Of a stretch of 64,000 nucleotides of DNA, positions 10,300-22,229 are shown in pieces. The DNA comes from Selaginella moellendorffii (lineage: Eukaryota; Plantae; Lycopodiophyta), in the NCBI RefSeq assembly GCF_000143415.4, contig NW_003314353.1, positions 1 to 64,000 of the forward strand, in the 5' to 3' direction. The position numbers were made by a program, and so were the translations under genes. Each line of letters starts with the position of its first letter. The first letter of the stretch is position 1. The notes under the pieces are model-generated. The model was not told the origin of the DNA. It saw only the letters and a program-made list of their open reading frames with translations, and searched no databases.

Positions 10300-12240
10300 T
10301 CACTCCATTTTCACTGTCAACTTTTTAAGTTTGCACCATGTAATGACCAGTGTGATTATCACGACCAGCACAGTAAGAACAGAAATGACATAGAAACTGG
10401 CCCATAAGGGTTTTACCTCGTAGGTAGCCGTGGTAGTGAGCAACACCACGCTACCATCACTGAGGACCTGAGGTACAGTTTGCGCCTGCAAGATGTCCCG
10501 GTCCTTCTTTATGCTTTCCACGCTGCTATATGCTGTATATGCTAGTAAAACTGCATGGAATGTGAAGTTAGTGAATCAACTTGGCAAGAATAGGTTCACC
10601 ATACCTGCAAAACCGAGCACCAGGAGTGTTCTATAAAGAAACTTAAACCAAAAGCTGGGTTCCTGGCTTGAAAAAACTGATTTACTGCTCGACTGAGCAG
10701 CCTGGTCGTCAGTGTTGGAGTCCCCTACGGCGCCATCCCTGTTCCAGAAATTCTGAAACGACTCTTCGATATCTTGCAACTTGTGACTCGTTGCCAGGAA
10801 ACATGTTCCCAGGAAGGACACAATCGCTGACAAAATTCCGGTGTAGACTTGGTTTCTGTTGTTTGATCCGTCTTTCCACAGCTTGTTCTGCTTGAACTTG
10901 ACGTCTCTGAGCTGTAACATGGACTCAATCATCAGCTTGATCTCTGTGCTGATTGCAGTGTCCAGCTTGCTCACACATAGCTTGTCCTTAAACTCGAGCT
11001 GTCCCATAGGCAGATCTTCTAAACAGGGGGTACTGATCTTGTTCTCCCGGGGAGTGGGAGCCCAGAGGAATTGTCGCATCTTGTTCAGGTAGTACTCACC
11101 ATCTTCAATGCTCAGTACCAGCTGATTAGTACTGCACCTGTTCTGAACCTCCACACTCGATGGCACCGGTGACTGCTGCATCAATGCTTCGACACAGGAT
11201 GTTGTGTTCGCCATGGCTTGCAAGTTATCCGCTGTGACGGTGGTGAGGGCGTACCCGAAAGAGACATTCCCCTTAAAGGTTGCAATAAATGGTGCAGGCT
11301 TGTCAGATGAGATGTTGTGTGTGTTAAGAACAAGCCAATTGGTTCCACCGGCGTTCCAAGCCCAGTAAGACTTTGGCAAATTGCAAGGGGAACGATAGTC
11401 GAATGATCCCCAACTACTAGTGTCCATGTTCTTGGTGACCACGATACATACCTTGGTTGAGGAATTGGAACAGCCGCATTGGAGGGTAGGAAACCCAAGG
11501 TATACTGCGGCGTCGTTGCTGTAGTAAGATGGTGCAAACCCACACTTTGGCACATCCTTAGTGTTCGTAACATAGTAGTGGCTCGAGGTGTTGAGCTTCT
11601 GGTACTTGGTGAAGTCCGTCCTTGCATTGCTAGCGTAGTTGGAAAGGTAGAATCCTGCTGTGCTATGCTGCATGTTGTTCAGATCTGGCTCAATGCTGGG
11701 TGCAGTAGCAGCCCTGTAAGGGACACCAACAAGGAGCAGGCTGAGATCCACCTCGTTTTCCATCGAAAGGATGGGAGTAGTCCAGAGGCATGACCGATTG
11801 CTCTGGCTACCACCGATGGATAGGCACATGCGGATGCTGATACCCCAGTCCACTTGCATCCTCCATTGCCAGTTGCGCCGGTGCTGCTTCATGTGACCGC
11901 CTGCTATGTGGGGTTCGGCTGAGGCGTACAGCTTGTTGGCTCCCCCATCACTCGTCGAGTTGCTGATCACTCTCCATGCACTAGCTTGCTGGTAGGCAGA
12001 ATTGGCGAGCTCGATGTCGATGCCAGTTGTCGTGGAGAGGACGCTGGCGAGGGAAGAACGCAGAGACCATCTGTAGAACGGATCGAATTCGTTGACAAAG
12101 CTGTTCACTTCGGGGCATGCAAAACCCTCCCTGGACGGGAGGTCGAGGTAGAAATGATCGTCATCGGACCCATGACAGGAATGCGGGAGAAGTAGTAGTG
12201 CTGTTGCAGGCAGAAGCACTGAGAAGAGCATACTTGACAA
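10300..12240 (-). CDS. Orphan intronless protein: signal peptide, Cys-containing N-glycosylated ectodomain, ~3 TM helices; one in-frame TGA at 10578-10576
   Basis: The 554-aa ORF and the 73-aa ORF (10300-10521) are in the same frame, with 18 sense codons between them after the TGA. Hydrophobic segments: N-terminus, 'YTGILSAIVSFLGTCFLA', 'FLYRTLLVLGFAGMVNLFL', 'FYVISVLTVLVVIITLVITW'. Confidence 0.7.
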
Positions 12241-13249
12241 GAAGGAGGATTCTCAAAGCTAATTGCAGAAGCGCATACAAATTCAAGAAAACATATGAAC
12301 TCAAGAGGATCAGTGTGTGAGATGGAACAATGCATTTACTTTGTCACATAAACTATATAGACATCTTTTCGCTTTCATAGCAGATTAGTCAAGCTTCTTG
12401 TTCCTTTAGACAAATCCTCATTAACAAATGAGCTTAAGAGGTCTTCCATCAGGTTCAGGGTACTTACCAGTCCAAGACAGCTGTAAATATCTAATCTTTC
12501 TTGTTCACATGGCAAAAATTATTTTCTCGAAAGTCTTATTTGAGATGAAGTCAGTCTGCACAAGTTGACAAATATAAAACAACTTCACGTATTTAACAAT
12601 GTCTTAAAAATAATAATAATAATAATAAACAGGTTATTCTTCGTTGATGGAGTCAGAGGCACAAAGAAACTATACCCTTTTAACACACTAATAACATATG
12701 TCATAGCTACGACATAAAAGTCTTAGTGGTCATGTGGACAGAAATAGTGAGTACTCTTCTTATAATAAGCTACTGGTACCAATTACAGAAACATGCACCT
12801 TGAATCTGCAAGAAGATTACACTTATGTGGGACAAGATAAGCATAATACCTATTCAAGCTTTTAAAGCTGTCGAAAGGGTCATGCATGACATAAAAAAAT
12901 TGTGAAATAGATTTTAGGGGCATCACATTAGTAGAGTTTAGATAGACATTATTTGTTCTAAAAAAGGTTTGTTGCACATAAATTGTCTAAAACAATATAA
13001 AATCCTCACTAATATGGTAGAAACTTGTAAAGTTCTCATTACACACAAACATAAGGGATGAACTCTAAAGAAAAAGAATGGTATAGATGGCTTGTGAAGC
13101 TTAAAGATGGTAACTTACTTGGCTTACAAAGTTATAAAATTACTTCTAACAGATAATGTGTTTGGAAAACATGTACAGTCTAATGACCTAAACCTATCAC
13201 AAAATGTTATTCTCACAACTTTAAATGATCTCTCTGTAAAAGTGAATGA

Positions 13250-13700
13250 TTAAGTCCTTTCAAATGACTGGCAGAAGAATAATATATAGAAGTAGACATT
13301 GTAGAAATATATTTGGATGAAGAGATGTTAGAGCACCTTATTGAGTTCTTAAACTTAGTAACATCATACAATATCAACACCAAAAAAAGCCTTTGTGAAC
13401 TAATTATAACTAAAGCACTACCAAATATTATAAAATTTGAAATTCTACATAATACTATGCAAGGAAAAATAAGTCCTTCTACCAAGAATCTCTGTAAAAC
13501 CAACTACATAGACATACCATTCATCCTTAAACACCAACAATTCTCTATAAGGTTTGTCTTCTCTATAAAAAGTTGCAAATCAAACACTACAAAATGTAGG
13601 TATCTAGCACCCACAGTTGCACTTTCTAAAGGAACATCAAAGAAAAAAATGATAATATCTATCAAACAGTGTGCAAGGTGTGCTTTAGAACCATAATGTT
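13250..13700 (+). mobile_element. Degenerate Helitron RepHel (PIF1-type helicase) C-terminal remnant
   Basis: 'EFLN...NINTKKSLC...LIITKALPNIIKFEI', 'IPFILKHQQFSIRFVFSI' and 'VALSKGTS' resemble the Helitron helicase consensus 'EFLNS..NIDP..GLCNGTRL', 'LPF.L.RRQFPIR..FAMTI', 'YVALSR.TS'. Confidence 0.7.
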
Positions 13701-13854
13701 TACATAAAAAATATTGTACACAAGGAAATTCTCTGGGATTCATGTCACCAATGCAAAAGAATTCCTATTTATTTGGATTTAGTATGCTAGAATATCTAAA
13801 ATGATATCTAAGAATATTCTAAATATATCCACTATCTAGGCCGATATTTATGGG

Positions 13855-14070
13855 ATATTTTAGCATCTATTCATTTGCATTTATAGTTTATAAACTTTGT
13901 TAAACACATTTATATTCCATCAAACTTAATTTGTTTAACTCTAGTACAAATCTCTTGCCAAAGATCAAGTGAGCCTAAGCAGGAATCCAAGAATCGGGAA
14001 GGGGAGAAGAATGAAATTAATGTGCTTCATCTTAGCCACCTCTAGATAGATTTGGAACTCACTATTACTT
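13855..14070. repeat. Dispersed non-coding repeat, inverted homolog of 29960-30245
   Basis: 'tctcttgccaaagatcaa', 'gcaggaatccaagaatc' and 'gccacctctagatagat' match the reverse complement of 29975-30070. Confidence 0.8.
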
Positions 14071-14144
14071 GCCCTAGGTCCTTGTATGGGTATTCAAGTA
14101 ATTTAAAGTATCTCTCCTGGCACATTTATTTATTTCAAATTTAG

Positions 14145-14148
<4 letters not shown>

Positions 14149-14229
<81 letters not shown>
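14149..14229. repeat. (CT)n microsatellite, ~40 units
   Basis: Perfect TC dinucleotide run. Confidence 0.98.
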
Positions 14230-14231
<2 letters not shown>

Positions 14232-14759
14232 TATAATATACAAAACTATACATAATAGTAAGTACTATTCAAATTGTAATGGCTTTCTTCTAAAATTAAA
14301 TTATATTTATGGTTTCAAGGTTCCTTGATACAAGGATTAATGCAAGCACTTGGAAGATGATAGTGCTGCTACAAAAGATACTCATCGAGCCTTAAAAACT
14401 CAAATCTCAAAATATAAAGATTTAACTTATAATAATATAAAATAGAATAACAACAAAAGAATAATATGCCAATATAAATAATTTGCTGCATGCATTCTAG
14501 AAATCAAATCATGTGCTATCTACAGTAAAAATTAAATTGATTTATACTTGCATAATAACCTTCATAAAATCTTATGTTATGTATATTAATAACTAGCTTC
14601 TGTTCTGGTTTCACTACTATGCTTTAAAAGAATCATGTTGGAACATGAATGTGCAAACTATACGTATAACCATTGTTGAAAAACCATTATATTTTATTAG
14701 AACCATATGTTTTTGTGAGAGTTACAAGAAAAACCATATAGAAAGTAAAATGAAAACAA

Positions 14760-15240
14760 TATTCACGGGAGCATGAGCACTCACGCCCATCAATCACTAG
14801 GAGCATCAACTCCTCAAGGAATTGAACTTATAATATGGCAACTATCATCCACACAGAGCCTTCAACAAAGCTCTTCCTTCTCCTCCTCACTGCTTCTGGC
14901 TTTTCTCTTCCTCCTCAAGCGTGTTGCCAAGTTTACAACCCCACCAAGTGGAAGTTGGATCCTCTCCGACTACTTCAATCACTGACAGTCTCACACCTCA
15001 GATGAGAAGTATGGTGTGGTGAGAGAAGTTCTCCCAGATATGGTGATAGGACTTCTTTTTCTTTCTTTCAATTTTGACAAACCAACTGTGTAACTGCTAT
15101 TGTAAACAACCTCTTGTGAGTTAGATTTGTAGAGTTTAAGTTTTGTAAATGATGTGCAACTAAAAATAATTATGAGAAAAGCTATAATTCTTTGATAGAA
15201 TGAAAACAAGATTTTAAGGGTATTGTCAGCACCCAGCGTG
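14760..15240 (+). pseudogene. Inverted degenerate copy of the RIN2-like gene 3' end (CUE exons and 3' UTR)
   Basis: 'cacctcagatgagaag', 'accaactgtgtaactgctattgtaaacaacctcttgtgag' and 'caacaaagctcttcc' match the reverse complement of 18000-18550. Confidence 0.85.
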
Positions 15241-15424
15241 ATCTCTATCACCAGCACAGCATGAACGTATGGAAAGGAATTGTCTCAATGCAAATGCGGG
15301 AAATCTTAAATCAAACTGTCCTCCACGACATGCCGTGCGAAGAGAGAGAATTGTTGTCCTAGGGATTAGGGTTTGTGGGAAAATGGCGCTGCTAGTGGCG
15401 AAGAGGACGAGCGCGGATGTAGAG

Positions 15425-16434
15425 ATGGCGCGCGGCTTCAAGGAGCATGCGACATGGAGCCCCTACGAGAACAATGGCGGGTGAGTGATCTTGGATCGCG
15501 CTTTGCTTCCTGTGGACGGATTTTCGCAGGACTTGCGTCGCGATTGCTGGATTGGATTATTGCATCGTCGCAGCTGACACGAGATTGTCGCTTGGCTACA
15601 GCATACTGACCAGAGGCCATTCTAAGCTGTTTAAGCTGTAAGTTTTTCTTGAGTTTGGAAAAAATGTGATTTTTCTTTCCTATCTTTCGCAGCTCAGACA
15701 CTGCGGTCATGGCTTCCTCTGGCTTCCAGGCCGATGTGAGAACTCTGCAAAAGAATCTAGAAGCCCGGCAAAAGGTTTGTTCCTCTTTGTTTCCAGATTT
15801 TCGCCTTAGACCGCTGCTTTTTTGTTTCTCTCGAAACAGGGTTACTACCATCAGCACGGGAAACCAATGTCTTGCCCAGGGATGGCGCAGCTCCTGTCGA
15901 ACACCCTCTATTACAAACGCTTCTTTCCATACTACAGTTTCAACGTTCTTGGTGGTCTAGACACCGAAGGTACGTTTGGAAGAGAGAATCAAAGTCTAAA
16001 TCTTTGTGGAGGCTTGTAGGCAAGGGATGTGTCTACACTTATGACGCTGTTGGTTCTTACGAGCGGACAGGATATAGTACCCAGGGAAGCGGTGCAGAGT
16101 TGATAATGCCGATTCTGGATAACCAGCTCAAGTCTGCCAGTCCTCTCCTTTATCCTCCAAGGGTGAGAAATCGTTCTTCTCTGTTGCTGACTGCGGGGAG
16201 TTTACAGGAAACAGCAACGCCCCTCACGGAACAAGAGGCTTTGGAAATTGTCAAGGACACTTTCGCTTCGGCTACGGAGCGCCAGATATACACCGTTCGT
16301 ATTGCGTTTTCTGGGTCTCGCGAGCTTGAAACTCAACGCAAACTTGTGTGGTGTTGCAGGGAGATGGACTTGAGATTGTTGTCATCAACAAGGATGGAAT
16401 ACACAAGGAGTATTTAGACCTCAAGAAAGATTAG
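15425..16434 (+). CDS. PBF1: 20S proteasome subunit beta type-1 (beta-6), 7 exons
   Basis: 'WSPYENNGG', 'IVAADTRLS', 'SGFQADV', '[18 protein letters not shown]', '[12 protein letters not shown]', '[19 protein letters not shown]', ending 'LKKD*' (TAG 16432-16434). Confidence 0.95.
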
Positions 16435-18095
16435 GCACTCTCTTTCCACGCTGTGTTGAGTCTTACGATATATTTCATGCCCTGACTGCCGGGTGTGACT
16501 TTTTCATTTGTGTTATATTCTTAAACTAATCCTTCTTGGTTTAGGGTTGACAAAAAAACGTTACAAAAACTGCAAAAGGTAGATTTATTTTGTTTCCGTT
16601 AATTAATTCTAACTTAATCATCTGTAAATTTTATTTTATTTTAAAACAACCTAAAGAAAAGCAGCAAATTATTTCTATTGGCATCCTATTCTTTTTTATA
16701 TTATTACAAGGTAAAAAAAATTGAATTTGTAATATTAATTTTCTTATAATTGGAAGAAAAAAGGCTATTAGTATCTCTAGTATTGGCATTATCATCTTCA
16801 TATGTTTGCATTAATCTTCATAGCAAGGGACGCCAAAATTATATTATACAACCAAGAAAGACCTTGCGAGAGATTTCTTCTTGGATGGGCTACACTACAC
16901 CCTTTTGGAGTGAATTGGGGTGGTTGGAGTGATTGTTCCATAGAACTTTCTGGCTTATCTCAACAAAGTCAAGTCTGCATTAACTTGTGAAAACATAATA
17001 GTTGTTAACAGACACCTTTGACAAGACTAGTCTTTCTCAAGAGGCACAGGGGAAAGTTTGAACAAAGAAGATGTTGAGAAGACGGATGCAAAAGGCTGTT
17101 TATGTTCCAAAAGAGGAAACTTTCAGCATCCAGGCTTGGAAAGGCCTAGGAACTCTTCATCTAGATGCAAGAGCAAGGCTATAGTCATACAGCCTTTGTT
17201 CTTCACTGCCTTGGGAACGAAGTCTTATAATGGCATTTTTTCTTCAGGGCTGCTGACTTGCAACACCTTTCTCCAAATATCAATCCCTCCAACGGTGCAG
17301 TTCTACATACACGTAATCCTAGGCAAACGATTGGCCAAAGAAATATGTGAATTTCTATGAGAAATGGAGATCAAGTGTTAATCCTCAGTCATAGACACCA
17401 TACTTGCAATTACACCATAGGGATATAACACTTCTCACCACAAACACCAACAACCCAGAGAGGATTGCATTTAGGTTCTAACCCAGGATGTGACAAGGAA
17501 GTGTAGGAGGTGGATAGGTGAAGCCCAGGCTAGGAACTGAAGGCTTGACCTGGAAAAGTTCACCAAATCACGTAATAATATAAAGTAGACTAATAACAAA
17601 ACATTATTATGCTAATATAAATCATTTGTAGTGGATATTTCTAGAATATTCGTACAATCAACCTAAAATATTCTAGCATATTTTATCGGTGAAGATTAAA
17701 TAAACAAGAAGATTTACATGGTCAGTTTATCGTCTCTCATTAACTAGCTTCCCAAGCCAATAATCAATGGGTTGTTTGCTTTGAATGCTATTCATCTTTG
17801 TTCTGTTTTCTTGTGTGATCCGTCGGCACACAGGTGGTTCATTCGGTGTACAGGGCGTTGAGCAGCATGGGATTTCTGCTGGCTGTTCTTCAGGTAAACA
17901 GACGCACATTTAGTATGGTGCTGATGCAGCGGACGTTTAGGCTAGGACACTATCAAAAGGAAGAAAAGGGATTCCCTCCTAAGCATTTAAAATTGTTCCT
18001 GTTCTTCATCCTATCGAGAAAAACTAGAGCTTTTCTACCAAAACTATTTTCAGCTGTGTGTCATTTACAAAAAACTTACACTCTACGCATCTCAC

Positions 18096-20462
18096 TCACA
18101 AGAGGTTGTTTACAGTAGCAGTTACACAGTTGGTTCGTCTCAACTCCTGCAAAATCGAAAGAATGGAAAAGAAGTCAGTGATGGAACAAACTAATCACGC
18201 AAAGAACTATCATACCTGGACGATACGATCGTCCGAGACATGCGGAAGGACTTCTCTCACCATGCCCACCATGCTTCTCATCTGAGGTGTCAGACCATCA
18301 GTAATGGAAGTAGCCGGAGTGGATCCAGCTTCCACCTGGTGAGGTTGTAAACTTGGCGACGCGCCAGAGGAGGAAGAGAAAGGCCAGAAGCCCCAAGTGG
18401 TAGAAGACGGTGGCGAGGAGGAAGAGGAAGAGCTTTGTTGATGGTTTCGTGTGGACGATAGCTGCCGCATTATAAGCTCGATCCGGCTGAGGCCCCGTGG
18501 AGCTGATGATGCCGAGCCTTCTCCTGGCGATTGACGGGCGTGAGAGCTCCCGGAACCGGAGAAGTGTCGCACCATCAACTCTAGCCTTCCGAGGCCTCGA
18601 GAGTTTGAAGCGGCGTTGTCAGAGGAGGACTGCCCGGCTGCCACCGTCGTCCACTCCGAATCAGATCCAGAACCTCTACATCGACGCATTAACAGTGTCA
18701 AGCTTCGATGACGAGCAAAGGTGCCTACCTCCACAAACTCGCCGCATTGTGTTGGCTCGTTCTCGTGAAGCTCTGGTGGGAACGTCCCAGAGTTCTTAGA
18801 TTTCCCATGAAAAGGGGCCTTCGACAAGTTGGACATGAGTATGTGTCTGCGAGGCCTTGATCTAGCCTGCACAGGGCCAAGTTCACACACATGAGAAAAT
18901 TCTTAAACATGAAAGTTTACCATGAACGCAGGCAAGAGAGGTGGAACAGATGAGCGCATGGAAGTCTCTTCGCTTTCACCATTGGCTCCTGAAAAAGACG
19001 GTTCGCTTTCGTCAGTGAAGTGGAATGCTGCTGTTAGACACTAACTTTACAAATAGCGCAGTCGTCGTCATACGCCAGGAGTTCCTCTTGCGTGGCGTCC
19101 GGCAACGCACCTTGCAACGTGCTCATGGCCGTGCGCATCCTCATAAATCCCTTAATTCGTTTGAGGATTGCACTTAGAAGTGCCTGGAAAAAATGGAAGT
19201 GAGTGTACGTGGAACCAACGAGGTCGTTCTTACCCGGAGGTTGAGAAACAAAATGGCATCGACAACTTGAAAGGCAAGGCCCCTCAGCCACCAGATATGA
19301 AGGCAGTGTCCCAAAGCCAAGAACAAGCTCAAAAGGTCCATGCCAAAGCTGAAGTTACGAACTATCATTCCCTTCCACTCCCACGACGCACCTGGTCATA
19401 ATATCTTTCAGCCAAACAAAGTGTAGCAAAGCCAAACAGAGCACCTGCGACTGATCGATCTGGCTGCAAACCATTCGTTGCAGCGGGAGAAGTGTCTAAA
19501 GACTGACGCTGCCATGTATCCAATAGTTGCACCCCATGAACTAAAACAGCCTGGAATCACAACAAATGAGAACCAACGTTTACAAAGAAACACTACTAAG
19601 ACCTGCAACGTCTCAAACGCAATGCTCAGCGGTTCGAACAAAAGTAGCATGAAAGTGCTTATTCCCGTGTCCTTGAAAACCACGAGACACAATTGAATCC
19701 TGCGACACCAGAGAATCACAGCTGGTTAGCATGAAGTCGAAACGTGCGAAAACCGTGAAGCTCACCAGAACAAGTCCGAAAGTAAAACCAGGACAAGCAC
19801 CGAGAAAACACGCAGATGAGCATAGACTGTCGCAGTTGGAGAAGCATTTAAACGGTCCAAGCGATCCCTCGCAAGACCTTGGAACATCTAGAAGAACCAG
19901 GTTACGTTACGGCGGTAAAGATCCATAGTCCCCATACCTTAAGGAAACCAAGCACGGCGAACCACGCGAGCCAGAGAGCTATTTGCATCATCTCGGGCTG
20001 GACAACCCAGGTGAGAAAGAGTCCCTGTACATCAATGAATCGCTTTAACTTTAAAAAGCCTTTGCAAGGAATCTCGCCTACCTTGAAGAGGACGTAGTTG
20101 ATCATCCGTTCCACGACTTTCTGAGTCTCCAGGAGCGTAAGAGTACCAAAGAAAATAGTCTGCACAAAGAAGTAGAAGGGATAAGCAACGAAGACAATGG
20201 AAAAAAAAAAAAGTGTTCAAACCTTCATACAAAGAGCTAGAACAACGAAGAAGTTGACGAGGAGATTGGCCAGCAGCACGATTGTGAGAGACGACTGAAG
20301 CAGCGATTGGAGCAATTGAGCTGTGTCGACAGGATCAAATGCCTTCTTGTCCACGGAAATCCCTGGCAAGACCTTCTGGAGCACCGAATTTATCCTCCAC
20401 ACAATCCCGCCCAAGCTAATCGCCGTGTACATGGCCACAAACGATCCATAGCCTCCAGCCAT
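18096..20462 (-). CDS. RIN2: Membrane RING-H2/CUE E3 ubiquitin ligase (RIN2/RIN3, gp78-like), multi-exon
   Basis: N-terminal TM exons 'TIFFGTLTLLETQKVVERMINYVLFK', 'LPDATQEELLAYDDDCAICK..AKRLPCAHLFHLSCLRSWLDQGL..YSCPTCRRPLF', CUE 'MVREVLPHVSDDRIVQELRRTNCVTATVNNLL*'. Confidence 0.9.
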
Positions 20463-21114
20463 GGTCTCGAAATCCCTCTCAAACAAGAAAGGAGGAGGAG
20501 AAAGAAGAAGCTCTACATTCGGATGAACCCTATAAACCCAGGGAGCTGAGCTAGCTCCTGCGATGCCGCGATTCTACAGCGATTCTAGCAAATCTTTCTC
20601 GCGGCAATGGCGACCGCGATGCGAAATTTACCCGCGACGATCGATCGCTGCGCGCCAGGCCGCGGAATCTTTCCTCCTCCGCCCTGGAAACAAGAGAGGG
20701 GAGAAAAACCCTTCGACCTAACAGTCCACTCGAGACTATTTCACTTCTTCCAATTTCTATATGGTGACAAACACACACATTGATTGGATCCTTTTAAATC
20801 CTCTCTGGATAAACTTTGCCTCTATTTGTGTGTCACAAGTGAGCGCTTTAAGTTATAAAGAAGAAAAAGAGACAATGCAAAGCTTGTGAGCTCTGGGTTT
20901 TTCTTCTTCTTCTTCTTCGTGCTTATTTGGATTGTCGCGAGGTAAAAAAAAAAAATTTCATCTTTCACGCTTTGCGTTGAAGGATCGCTGAAAAAATCAT
21001 CGCTGAGCCGGGTGAAAAACTTGGAACCAAAAAATCTCTCATGCTTTCCTGTCTCGAGTGGAAAGTTTGCCTCTTCTGTGTGTGTGTCTTTGTTGTTTTT
21101 TTCATCGCTAGCTA

Positions 21115-22044
21115 TCACCACCATGAGACGAGCCCGAGTCCGTCGGAGTTTATATCTCCCTGGAATGATCTAGATTAGAGAACAAAAAGAATTCAAGCTT
21201 GGAAGTTTTCTTGCTTACGATGACTTCCATTGGAGCGAAAGGTTGAGCGTCTCTTTCTTGCTCCAGAGGAATTGGGGGATATCTTACTTTTAAAACTCTA
21301 AACCGGACCTAGAAGAACGAAACAGTGAGTCCATGGATTAGAAAACAGTGATTCCGCTCACCTCTTCTTCAAGGTCCATGAACATCTCGTTTTCTTGGTA
21401 GTTCCACACCCATAGTTTCTCGTTCTCGTCACTGTTTGATATTGGATCGGATCAGCCGAAGAAACGAAAGCAAAAACTGGATTTTTTTGCTATGACTTAC
21501 AATTTAGAGGGCTGCTGGAGTTGATGGTGAGGCACGATTATGTCTTCGAAAAAACCCATCGACACTGGAAACACGAAAAAATCCCTCGATCAAACCAAGA
21601 AAAATAAGTTCTTTCGAAGGGAAACTTACAAACCAGCCCATTCTTGTCGCATTTCTTGAGCTTCGCGACCAAAATCTCTCCTGGAAATGGACGAAACATG
21701 ACCAGCTGAAACTCCACCTGGAAATCCCCTTAAAAATTCGCTATCTTTCGAGTAAAGGAGATTGCTTACAGTGTAAGTCGGAGCTCCATCGCCAGGGAAA
21801 ACAAATCCCCCTTCGATCGATTGGATATCGTACAGCGACACGCACAGCCCCAGATCCTTGACGACCTGGAAATATATAAAAACCAACAATGTAGCTCCAA
21901 TGGGGGAGATTATCACCGGCGATCGACACGCACCTTGTCCAGGAACAATCTGTGGATCTCGAGCGTGATGGCGTCGAGCAGCGGCAGCACGAGATTGGCG
22001 GGCGGGATTCGCAGCGTGTCCCGCAGCTTGGACAGGACGAACAT
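21115..22044 (-). CDS. RPC8: RNA polymerase III subunit RPC8/C25 (RPB7 family), 7 exons
   Basis: 'MFVLSKLRDTLRIPP', 'DLGLCVSLYDI..IEGGFVFPGDGA', 'FRPFPGEIL', 'SMGFFEDI', 'LWVWNY', C-terminal 'DGLGLVSWW*'. Confidence 0.93.
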
Positions 22045-22229
22045 CCTTAAAACCATAAACCCTAAAAACCTATCCACTGGCCTTTGCCTAGTATAGCGGC
22101 CTTTGGATAGGTTTAGCGCGTGCGAGCACGAATGGAGTTCCTACCGTAGTGGTAGGAACTTCATTTTTTAAAATGCACGTCGGGATTTCGAATCTCTCTA
22201 GATTGTTTTTTTTTTTGGCTTTTTCTCTT

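Noticed and set aside
10576-10578. Selenocysteine or programmed readthrough at the in-frame TGA
   Set aside because: Vascular plants lack Sec machinery, and no redox motif or SECIS is evident. A TGG-to-TGA nonsense change or a base error is simpler.
16750-17560. Short ORFs between PBF1 and RIN2
   Set aside because: No recognisable motifs or consistent exon structure; possibly a decayed fragment but not assignable.
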